A stretch of DNA of 64,000 nucleotides from positions 684,001 to 748,000 of the forward strand of contig NC_087438.1 of NCBI RefSeq assembly GCF_036321535.1. The letters are read 5' to 3'. Under the pieces are notes generated by a model. That model was not told where the DNA came from. It did no database searches and saw only the letters and a program-made list of their open reading frames with translations. Position numbers and translations under genes: made by a program. Source of the DNA: Camelus dromedarius (taxonomy: Eukaryota). Position 1 is the stretch's first letter, and each line of letters opens with the position of its first letter. Of the stretch, positions 1-26,600 are shown piece by piece.

Positions 1-87
1 CAGGCAGCACCTGCAGGTCAAGGAAGGTGGCGGAGGTTCCAGCAGGAGGGTCCGGGGAGAGCAGATGCCTCCGAGAGGCTGTGGAAG

Positions 88-340
88 CCTCCCCTCCCCC
101 TCCCTGCCCCCTTATCCCATCCTCCCTCCCTTCCTCCCTTCCCTCCCCTCCTCTTTCTCCCCCTCCCTTCCCCTGCCCTCTTTCCTCCTCTCCCCTCCTC
201 CCCCTTCCTCCCACCTTCTGCCAGCATCTCTGACTCTGTCTCTGCCTCCATCTCTCTACCCCCCTCTCTCTCTGTCGCTCTCTGTCCCTGTCTTTTCCTC
301 CGTCTCTGTCTCTGGCTCTCTCTCTGTCTCTCTCTCTCTC
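88..340. repeat. Polypyrimidine (CCT/CT-rich) low-complexity tract
   Basis: About 250 nt of almost pure C/T (cctccctccc..., ctctctctgtc). Confidence 0.85.
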
Positions 341-462
341 CACAGGGCCTCTACCGCCGGCCCCGCCCTCCAGTCCATGCCCGTCTCAGAAGCCAGATGT
401 CCCTAAAAACACACCTGATCTCTCTCTTCCGGCCTCCACCCTCCCCACTCACCCCCATCCTG

Positions 463-689
463 TGGGCAAAGGTCGGGGTCCCGAACTCCTTCCTCCCCGA
501 GTGACCCCCACCCGCCTTCCCTGGCCTATTCCTCGAATGTCAGTGTGAACCAGTCCCATGGAGTGGAGAGGGTGTAGACCGCGCCTGGCAGAGTCGGGCA
601 GAGGCAGGAAGACAGAGTCCATGCTCCAGCGAAGGCCACGGGGCTGGGAAGGACAGGGTGGGGGGCAGGGAGGGTTCTGCCAAAGGTCG
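463..689 (+). promoter_or_regulatory. Two upstream HNF4-type DR1 motifs
   Basis: TGGGCA-A-AGGTCG at 463-475 and CTGCCA-A-AGGTCG at 677-689, about 1.0-1.2 kb upstream of the SLC6A19 TATA box. Motif match only. Confidence 0.4.
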
Positions 690-1585
690 ACCCTGGAGGC
701 TGGACAGAGGCCGCTGGGAAGGACATTCCCCAAGGAAGTCTCTGTGGTGGGGCGGGTGTGGCCCCGACCTCAGGGCAGGCAGGCTGGGGGACCAGGGACC
801 TCAGGACTGGGGGTAGGGGCACGGGGACACCCTCCCACTCACTGCATCAGAAGCTGTGCCCAAATTCCCACTCAGCCTTCAATGTCGGCTTGGATGTGAC
901 CCCTGCCGGGATGCCCGCCCCCAGCCCAGGGGCCAGACTGGGCCACCCCCTGCCCCCTGCAACCACTGCGGTCACCCTATGGAGGCCACATCATTCTCTG
1001 GGTGCACCATTGGCTCCCTGTGTCTCCCGGCCTGACTGGTCTGCCCTGGGGGCAGGGACCCTGATTCCCACTGCCGTCCTGGTGCCCAGCGAGGGGCTGC
1101 CTCACTCGTGGCTCCCGCAGGAAGGACAGAAATCCCTAGGGCAGGGCTGAGAGGCAGCAGGGGGATGGTTTTGAGTCCCATGACAACCCGTGTGGACAGG
1201 GGCCCTGGAGCGGCTCTGGGTACCTGATGCTGGTGGACCCTGCCTCTGAGGAGCTTTTTAGAGCCCAGAGCTCAGGCGGGAGGGGTCCAGCTGCTCTGAG
1301 TCAGTGTGAACAGGGCCAGGGGGGCTGCCCCCAGGGCCCCGGGCTCCAGCTTCTGTACCTGGACCCAGACAGGGAACAGGGTTGGGAGTGCCCGCTGTCT
1401 GGGAGAGGGCCTGCTGCCTCCTCTGAAGTGGGGGTGTGGCTGATGGGAGAGGCTCCGTGGGTCTGGGGGAGACCCCTGTCCTGCAGGACCAGGTGGGATG
1501 AGGTCCCTCCTCCCAGAGTGCGGGGGTGGGAGAGCCTCACCTGTGCTGTCAGGCTTGCTCGGGGGAGGGTCCAGGCGCCACGGCC

Positions 1586-1684
1586 GATAAGGCATTAACC
1601 GTCTGGCGGACTCGCCCTCCAGATCTGCTGACGCTTCCTTTCGGCCCAGGTGCTCAGGGTGAGGAGCCAAAGGTTCCCTATAAA
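1586..1684 (+). promoter_or_regulatory. SLC6A19 core promoter: GATA/HNF1 element, HNF4 DR1 and TATA box
   Basis: GATAAGGCATTAAC 1586-1599, GAGCCA-A-AGGTTC 1664-1676, TATAAA 1679-1684 (76 nt before the ATG). HNF1A/HNF4A control of SLC6A19 is established. Confidence 0.7.
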
Positions 1685-1760
1685 GTGCTGGGGCTCTGGC
1701 CAGCGGCCACTCGCCCTCGCTCCGGGGCTGCACGCCACGAGGACCCACCCAGCGACCACG

Positions 1761-17459
<15,699 letters not shown>

Positions 17460-17510
17460 GCAGCCCAGCCCACGGCCTGCAGGCGCTGGGGTTGGAGGAG
17501 GGGCTGGGGC

Positions 17511-17900
17511 ACACGCACGTGTGCCGTGTGTGAGCGAGTGTGTGCACATTGCGAGCATGTGACATGGGCACAAGTGTGTGCCTAGAGTTGTGCATGTGTG
17601 TGTACAGTGCAAGTGTGGTGTGTATGCAGTGTGTGGGTGTGTGGGCCTGTGTATGTATGTGTGCAGTGTGGGTGTACGTAAGTGTGTGTGCATTAAAGGG
17701 GACAGGAGCGATCCTCCTGGTAGGGGTGCACACACATGTGAGTGTGTAGGCACATGTATGTGTGTGTGTGCATGTGTGTGAGCACAGATGTATGTGCGCT
17801 GATGCATGAGTGTATCCGCATGTGAGTGTGTGTGCTGTGCACACGTGTATACGTGTGTATGTGCATGTGTGCAAAGCTGTGTGTGCTTGCAGACTCTGTG
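17511..17900. repeat. Degenerate (TG)n-rich repeat in the SLC6A19 3' UTR
   Basis: gtgtgtgcatgtgtgtg... over about 390 nt, starting about 50 nt after the stop codon. Confidence 0.9.
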
Positions 17901-18245
17901 CGGTCCTGCCCTGCACCACACACGCTCAGAGGGAGAGCAGAGCGACACTGGTGGGGGAGTCGGCCCCTTTGGGACGAGTCTCTGGCCCCCGCCTCTTCCC
18001 CTTGCTGTCACCTCCCGACCCAAGGCCCCCGTGGTATGGTCGGGGCTTCTCCCCCGGGTCCAGGAGCATCTTTCGCAAGCCCCATCTGGAAGAGGCTGAT
18101 GAACTTGAGAGAAGCTGGTGGAATCCTGCTGGCCTGCCTGTCCGCCGGCCAGTGAAGAGGTCCCGTGTCCGGGCCGCATTCTGGCGTGCTGAATTGTGAC
18201 CCACTTAATCAAAGTTTCTGGCTGCCACGGATAGATGAACAGTTA

Positions 18246-18251
18246 AATAAA
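18246..18251 (+). terminator. Candidate SLC6A19 polyadenylation signal (alternative at 19780-19785)
   Basis: First AATAAA after the stop codon; a second AATAAA at 19780 is followed by TGTGG. Confidence 0.45.
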
Positions 18252-19141
18252 ACTCAACTCGGGTAATTTAAGGCAGAAACCCCCCTTTGCATTTTTTAAG
18301 AGAATATTAACTGTGTGAATATTTAGCCAGTTGTTGGAAAGGGCAGGTTACAGGTTAACTCGGCCCTGGCCACCGAGGTTGCGGACAGCTCGTGTGTCCC
18401 AGCAGTCAGGGACTGTGAGGGCCCGGAGACCACTCGTCTGGTGCCTCGCTGGCTCCTCCCATCAAGGGAGGGATGTGACATCCAATCTCAGCCCAGGCTG
18501 CATGGGGCAGGGGTGTCTGTTCCACAGTGGTCCCCTCCACTGTCCATGAAAAGTCTGGAAGTTTAAGTTAAACTGGACCTTGTGAGAGTTCTCAGGGAGG
18601 GGACCCATGTGGAGGGTGGGTCCAGCGCCATGTTCCTGCACTCGGAGACTTCCCAGTGTCCCGCGGGGTCCCACCTCCTCTGCTCCCCAGGGCGTCCTGG
18701 CCCTCCCTTGGGGAAACTCTGGTCGGGACCCCTGCATACACCCCCCCAGCTGGGCGCGTGGCGGGGAGTCACACTCGTGGGCGCCTGGGTGGGGCTGATA
18801 GTCCCCTCACTCGGTGTTTGGCAGACTGTGAGAAATGTGGGTTTTGTGGGTGCTGGTGTCTAAATAACTCACTCCTTTTCATATTCTTAGCCTAAACGTT
18901 GTCTAAGTGCAGAGGACAGCTGACGGCCGTGCCCAGTCCTGAAGGGCCGGCGCAGGACTGTGGCTTTGCTGCATCCCCAGGTGTGCCCCCCACCATGCCC
19001 GAGGTCCCATGATGTGCGGGGGGGGTTTGGGCCTGGGCCTCAGGAGGTAGGGGCTGCTGGTGAGGTCCCTGGGTGGGGTGGCAGGGGACGAGAGCAGGAA
19101 AGGACAGAGAGAAAGGCCTGTGCAGGTGACCTGGGGCCGCT

Positions 19142-19212
19142 CTCCCCTCCCCCCAGCACCTCCTCCCCTCCCCCCAGCACCTCCTCCCCTCCCCCAGCAC
19201 CGCCTCCCCTCC
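19142..19212. repeat. About 21-bp C-rich tandem repeat, ~3 copies
   Basis: CTCCCCTCCCCCCAGCACCTC units. Confidence 0.85.
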
Positions 19213-20395
19213 TGTTCCCTCTTCTCCGATCCTCCCTTTTCTTACTTCCCTCTCACCCAAAAAGGAATCTTTTAAAATGTGTCCCCTGGGGCTGTGCTCC
19301 AGGACCCGCACGTCTGGAACTGTGCAGCCTGGCTGTGAGATGCAGCGTCCGGGTGTGATACTGTGGATGCAGGGCCAGGCCGTCCTCATGGAAGCGTCTG
19401 CTGGGTGGGGGGCCTGGGTGTCCAGGGAGCCCCAGGGGGAGGCCAGCTCATCACCCCTCCAGCCAAAAGGAGGTGCTCCTAGCAGAGCTGGGGGGACTCG
19501 TGTGTCCCTCAGTCCGGCTGAGACCTCCACCGTGTGCTGTCACCACCCCCCACAGGGGGCCCTCAGGGGTACAAGCGCCCTCCCCTCTGCCCGCCCCCTC
19601 CGAGGCTCCCGGTGGGCTCACGCCCGGCGTGGGTTCCTGGGCCCTGGGCTGCCGTTGGACGCAGAGGTGAGGGCTGCGTCTCCTGGAACTGGCCTGGGCG
19701 TCCCCAGAAGAGGACTACCTGGAACCAGATGGGAAGTTCACATTCAGACAGTCTGAGAAGGTTGGAAAGCTCTTAGGGAAATAAATGTGGCTTAAAAATG
19801 AACGTGGCACCGACCTGGCAGACACCCCCGGGCATTCACCCACCACCCACACCCTCCACACGCAGACGGCCAGCCCCGCTCACTCCCCGCGGCCCCTCCT
19901 TGTCCCTGAGTGGCGGGCATGGCGCACCGCTGGGGGCTACAAGGGGCGGCTGATTCCCACCCCGACCCACACACCTCCGAAGACTGCGGCCGACCCCCGG
20001 GTCACATGTGTGAGTCTGCTTATAAAATGATCTGGAGATGACAAATCGCAGCTTCAGAGAGCAGAGGGAGGCCGCCAGAGCTGTGGCCGTACCGGGACGG
20101 AGGGACCCCCGGTGATGGACGAGACCTCAACTGACGCGTCGGCTGTGATGTTGCCGGGGTGTCTGCAGGGCGTCGCTGCCAGGGCGGGCGCTTGGGCACT
20201 TGGAACCATTTCTACAGCCACGTGTTATCTCCCTGTCAAAGGGTAATTAAAAAATTAGCAATTTTATGCAGACAACCTCGGGGTCCTCGAGGTTCTCTTA
20301 TTGGTGGTGACCCCAGCCCGCAGGCTGTCTGCTCCGGGCACGAAGTGGGACGGGCTCAAGGGCGCGGGTCAGGGAGGCACTGCGGCCGTTACCGC

Positions 20396-20432
20396 GTTAC
20401 CGATTAACTGGCCCCGCGGACGTTCCTTTAAA
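20396..20432 (+). promoter_or_regulatory. SLC6A18 core promoter: HNF1 site and TATA-like TTTAAA
   Basis: GTTACCGATTAAC 20396-20408 is close to HNF1 consensus GTTAATNATTAAC; TTTAAA at 20427-20432, about 90 nt before the ATG. Confidence 0.6.
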
Positions 20433-20518
20433 TGATGAGAATCACACCTGCAGGGGGACCGCACTCGGCTTCCAAAGCCCAGCAGAGGCCGGGCGGGCGG
20501 CGGGAACGTGTGGCGGGC

Positions 20519-20690
20519 ATGGCATGTGCCACGGGGCCAGACCCGCCCGGGGACAGCAGTGGGGACGGTGGCGGGGAAGAGCGGCCCGCGTGGGACAACA
20601 GGCTACAGTACCTGCTGAGCTGCGTGGGCTTTGCCGTGGGCCTGGGCAACTTCTGGAGGTTCCCGTACCTGTGCCAGACCTACGGGGGAG
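20519..20690 (+). CDS. SLC6A18: SLC6A18 exon 1
   Basis: MACATGPD...[37 protein letters not shown]. Confidence 0.93.
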
Positions 20691-23600
20691 GTGAGCCTGC
20701 GCCGTCCCGTCCTCGCCCTCTGCGCCCACCCTGTCCTTGTCCCGGGCTGCAGTGCAGGCTGCACCTCGGGGGCTCGGGGACGCAGCCCGGCCAGGGGTGG
20801 GGGATTGCCCCCTGAGACCCAGGCGGCAGCACCCGGCCTTAGGGATGGGGGGACCCCCACATGCACTGCGGCTTCGGGTCTGCTGGGCTCCTCCCCAGGC
20901 TGCACGTCCTAGTGCCTGGCCCCGTCGCGGTAGCCATGTCGTTGCCAACAAGCACCCCTGGACAGCAAGCCCGCCCAGGGGGCCGCGGCTGCACAGGGAA
21001 GGTCAGGGTCATTTCGGGGACCCCAGCCTCCTCCCCTGGCCTAGAAGCCCACGAGTTAGTGCAGGGGCAGCTCTGCCTGGAGCTGCTCTCACTCGGCAGC
21101 CTGTCGCTCCTGGCAGCACGCTCGCTCCTGGGGACACGGGGTCGCAGGCCTGCCGGGCCACTGTGCTCGGGAGCTGAGATTTTGCCCCCAGATGCTGTGG
21201 GCAAGGGCTTTCCAGGCAGGCTCGTCCTCCCCTGGGGTCTGAGCTCGGGGCCCCTTCTAACCCGCACAAGGCCTACAGGCCCCCAGCGCGCCGGCTGACT
21301 CTCCTGGCTGAGTCGGGTCACTGCCGGAAATTCGGGCAGTGTCTCCTTCAGGGGCAGTGGCGCTGGCCTCTAGCCCAGGAGACGGCAAGGGCTGAGTGGG
21401 GACGATGTCTCACGCTGTGCCTTTGGTCGGGGGGTCATCCTTCCCCGTTCAAGGGCAGACGGCCCTCCTCAGGAGACGGGTGGGCGGTGGGTGGGGTGGG
21501 GTCAGCCCGGAGAGCTGACCGCACACAAGCCCCATCCACCATATGTCCTGGTTGTGAGGACAGCGCTTCACTGACGTCTTCTTTCCTTCTGATTATAAGA
21601 AGATACGGGCAGGTGGGAGAGTTTGAAAATGCATACAAACTAGCAGAGTTGCTGCCCATAGCGGCCACTCCAGGGGCGTCAGAGCCCAGGCGGGCTTGGG
21701 GCAGGGCGGGCGCCCGGGCCCCGGCTTTCCAGGTCGGCCCTCCGGGAAGGCCCCTGGACAGCACAGAAGCACAGGTGGCTGGCGCGGGGGCTCCAGGGGC
21801 GCTCTGTGCCCATGCCTCAGGACAGAGCCTCGGCCACGCCCCACACACGCGTTCCACCGTCTGCACGTTTCGATAACTGTCACATTACCCGCCACTCAGA
21901 GCTGCAGGAGCCCGAGAGCCCGGAACTCACTTTCTTGGATCCTTGTCCTTATGGCTGGAGGCGGTCCACCCACCCCAAGGTCCAGATGGCGAGGCCACCA
22001 GGGTGACTGGGCCCTGCACCCAGAGCAGCCCCGTCACCTCCTGTGCCCGGGGGCTTTGAAACACCTCTGTAGGTTCTGTTTCCAGATGTGGAAGGTCTCG
22101 GTCAAATGCCGTGAAATATTTGTGTCTTTAACTCGCCTACCGTGAGAGGCCCCTTTCTGTCCGCTCCGACCACCTCCGATGACTTTGAAGACGAGATGGA
22201 GGCCGTCGGCAGGTGGTGCGTCACATCGATTTGCACAAACTCACCACTGACGGTCCACGTCTCCCTCCCTTCACGCTTATCCCAGTTTGTGAGTGGAAGG
22301 CAGCACCGCGACGGGTTTGGCAGAACATCTAGACAGAAGTGCTCGGCGATTCCGCCTCGCGGACGCCCTCAGGGCGAGCTGCTTTACGGTGCACGCAGTG
22401 CCTTCGGTTCAGAGGGTGGGAGCAGCCCGGGGCCGCTGTGTTCAGGCGCTGACCGCAGGGCCTGCCGCGTGCTGTGGCTGGGGACTCGCCCCAGGAAGCC
22501 ATGCAGGCGGGTCACTTGTGGGAGGCTGCAATTTCCATGCTGCTCCTTCACGGTCAGTGTCCCCGGGGGGCCGAGGACGCGGCGCAGCGTGAAGCACCCG
22601 CAGGTTTAGAAGAAGTCCTGGCGTCCAGCAGAGCCGGTCCTCGTGGCCTGCTCTTCCTCTCCACGTGGTCCGCGCTCCCCATGTGAACTGAAGACTGGGT
22701 GGCGCCCGCACGGCGATGACTGTCTCCGTCGATTTGGGAAGCGCGAGCTCCGAGGTCGTCAGTCACCCCCCACGGGACAGTGCCACCCTCATTCCTGTCT
22801 TCGCGTGGCTCTCTCCTCAGATCCTGGGGTGGTTTCTCAGGGCCCCAGGCTCTCGCTGTGCTGGCCAGAAGCTCCTTTTTCTCCATGACCCTTTCTTCGT
22901 GGATTGAACTGGGGTGTTGCATCCGGCACCCCTCCTGCTGGGAGGGCGCGGGGTTCTCCCAGAGCCTCCAGGCAGGACCCGCGGCCAGCCGTCCACAGCG
23001 ACCTCCTTGGACGAGTGGGGTGCAGTGCGTCTGCCTGCTCTGTGGTGTCCCTTCTGCTCTCAGGGCCGTGACACCAACGTGCGAGGGTCTCCCTGCACCA
23101 GACAGCTCTCCAGTTCTCGGCGGGCATGCCTGGGTGTCCTGGGGTTTAGCCCAATCCTGACACTCCCTGAATTTAGCACAGACCCCACAGGTGAAGGGCT
23201 CGCCCCACAAGGCTGCCCCCCAGCTGCCAATCTCAAGTAGCGGGTCCTCAGGGCACCACTTCTGTCCAACTTGGCTACAAATTTCGGGGGTCCCACAACC
23301 CCCGCCTCAGTTTCAATAATTTGCAAGAACTGCTCACAGAACTCAGGAAGCCACTTTACTTACGATTACAGGTTTGTTACAGAGGATACACTCAGGAACA
23401 GCCGGATGGGAGAGACTGAAGGGTGGGGATCAGGGGTGGCACGGAGCCCCCGCCAGGTCCGGGGCTGCCACCTCCCTGTGCCTCCATGTGCCACCCGCCC
23501 AGAAGCCCCACTGCACAGGCATTCCTGGTTAAATCACTCGCCGCTTGGCGATTAACTCAGGCTCCCTGGCGGTAGGGGTGGGACTGAGAGTTCCAATCAC

Positions 23601-26600
23601 TTGGCCGTTCCTCTGGCCACCAGCCCCCAGAGTCACCTCATTAGCATAAACCCAGTTCAGGCGAAAGAGGCTTGCTATGAAAAACAGAGGCTCTCCTGTC
23701 ACCCACCACCCAGGGAATCCCAGGGGTTTTAGGAGCTGCGAGCCAGGACAGGGCGAAGCCCACATGGGTATTTCTTGCTTCAACAGAACGTCACGGGTGC
23801 TCGTGAACCCCTGCTCTGAGCTGACCCGACAGGCTGCACTCGGAGGTGCGTGGACCTTCCTACCCCCTCGACGATGCTCCTCCTTCCTCCTTGTCCTGCA
23901 GAAACACCTTCATGGTGTGACGTCCACTCAGGGAAGCAGGTGCCCACGCTGGAGGGGACAGTCCTCTGAGCCCCCCTCAACAGCCCAGTGTCCACGCGGC
24001 TGTCCTGTTGGGCTAACACACATCCGGCACTTGGGGTGGACGCTCCTCCCCGAGGCTTCAGTCTCGTGATCACAGAAATGCCTCTCATCCTTCTCTCACC
24101 AGACGTGGTGATCCAGTCACAGGAGAACCCCTCCCCACCCCGAGATCTTTCCTCTGGGTGGTCCCTGCCATACTGACCTCAGCCAGCCCCTCTGGCCCCG
24201 ACCTGAGACCGTCCTCCTGGGGCCTTCCCCTCGGAGCAGGGGTCACGGGGCCAAGGGACAGTCAGCCCGGAGGCTGCAGCCTTTCCAGACACTGGATCAA
24301 ATGCTGGGACTCAGGCCCTGCCTGAAAGCTGGCCAGGCGTGCACTTACAAGGCCCATGTGGGCATCTCATGTCTGTCCGCGCCACGCTGCAGGTGTGAGC
24401 CCTGAGGCCCGCGGGCGGCTGGGAGATCACAAGACCCCACAGTGCAGGACAGAGGTGGGTGGGAAGGAAGAGGGCAGGCTGGAGAGGGCTCCTCCCTCTG
24501 GGCCTTGGACCCCAGGCCTGTGGCCGACCCCCTCCCCAGGGGCTCCCACTCCTCCAGCTCTAAGCCCAGCCCACAGGTGTCCCGCCTTCCCTGGGTGGCT
24601 GTCTCTGGGAGTCCAGCATGTCCATCGAAGTTGAGACCCTCCAGAATTCAACTTTGTCCTTTAAGATGGCTTTGCTTTTCTGCTGCTGTATAAGAGACAC
24701 CCACGAGCACATGTGCCCCAGACACTGGCCCCGGAGTCCTGTGCAGAGGCCGACCTGGGCCAAGGGCCCATGGCCACCTGCTTTCTCCAGGGCCCCGACT
24801 CGATGTCAGGAAAGCCAGCAGGAGGCTGTGCTGGCGAAATCCCAGGCACCTGGGGCTTGTGGAAACGGCCCTTAGAGAGAGCCAAGCGTCCCACGGACAG
24901 CACAGGAGAGATGGCGCCTGCTTCAGCCGCTGTCCTCGGTCAAGGGGCCTAGAAGTCTGCTCCCTGGTGTCGCCGGACGTGTGTGTAGGTTGGGAACAGC
25001 TGCCGGGCCTGGAGCACCTAAGTGCCCACACACCTTGGCCTGAAGCACGTGGACTGAGGGTGCCTGGAGGGCAGGACTTCCAGTTCCAATTGCAGCGTGG
25101 ACCCTGGGGACGGATGGAGACGCCAACACCGCCAGCTCCGCTCTGGGGGCTGAGCTCTCTTCCCAACAGTGCGGAAACCAGCCTCTGCCCAGCAGGCCTC
25201 CCAGGTCGTGGCCCGGGTCCTGTGGGCTCAAGGAGGCCAGGTCCTGCCACCTCCCAGCACCTGCTCCATCCACACTGGCTTGCAGTGCAGAAAGGCAGCT
25301 GCTGTCTCTGCCTGCCCTTCCATTGGGTCCCCTCCATTGGTCAGCGCGTGCTCCCTCCTGGGGACCACAACGCCCTCACCCACCACGGCCGTGTCCACAC
25401 CTAGCGTCCCACTGGGTGAAGGGGTGGAGAGACAGCTCCCTGCCCCAACTCGGGGAGACATTTGAGAGGCTGTCTGCTTCCTGCAAGTCTCCACCATGAA
25501 CAGACCAGCTCCCCGTCCCAGGAGCACCGGGGCCAGGGGTCCCAGGGTCTCAGTGAGAACCACACCGCCTGTCTGTGGATGAAAGTTGCCACCAAAGCAA
25601 TGGTGGTGGGAGCCGCCACGTCACCTAAAACAACGGAAAACCAGGTGCCCCGACATTGGGGCCACATCTCCCCGTCTCTGGCAGCCACGGGTGCTTCTCC
25701 CCAGCCCCGGCCCCGTCCTCCGGCCTGAGGCCGGCCATGGCAGAGGGTGTCACCCACTGACCGCCATGTCTCTGCAGGGACCTTCCTCATCCCCTACCTC
25801 ATTGCCCTGGTCTTCGAGGGCATCCCGCTCTTCCACATCGAGCTCGCCATCGGCCAGCGCCTGCGCAGGGGCAGCATCGGGGTGTGGATGGCCATCTCGC
25901 CCTACCTGGGCGGAGTAGGTACGCGCCTCCCTCTGGCCCCACCCGCAGCTCCTGGGGGTGGGGCTGCACTTACGTGTGACATGTGCACTCACCACGACGG
26001 TGCACCTCCTGTGGTTTAGAGCCCGCAGACGCAGGAGGATCCTGGATGGACAGGCGCAGGGGCCCCGGGGGTGGGGAGGCTTGGGAGCAGGGCGCTGCCA
26101 CTGAGCTCAGGGCACAGGAGGCAGAGGCAGTGGGCTGTGCCGAATTGCCCAGCCCGTCCCCCTGTGGTGCTGAGCCCACGTGTCATGGGAGGTCATGGCA
26201 GGGGGACAGAGGGCAGACCCCACTCCCCACGTGCCCTTGAGATGGGCGCTGCCGTAAGGGGGTCTGAGTGTCACCATCCAGGCCTGTCACACACCCAGGT
26301 GGCTGCAGGCCATCTGATAACCCCGGAAACAACCTAGATGGCTGGTGCAGAGGCTGGCTCTGGCCCAGCTGTGGCCTGGCTGAGACCCGGCTGAAAAGGC
26401 ACCGCATGGCCAGGGAAATGATGGGTCGCTGGCGGGGGGGTGCGGCCAGATGTAGACCAGTGGGCGGGCAGTGGGACCCCCTTGCCGTGAGCGTGAGGAC
26501 GGTGCTTTCCCGGGAGGGAAGCGCTGACTGGCGGCGCCCGCAGGGCTGGGCTGCCTCACCGTGTCCTTCCTGGTCAGCCTGTACTACAACACCATCCTGA

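Noticed and set aside
20432..20518. In-frame upstream ATGATG extending SLC6A18 by 29 aa
   Set aside because: It overlaps the TATA-like element, so it is probably upstream of the transcription start; homology begins at 20519.
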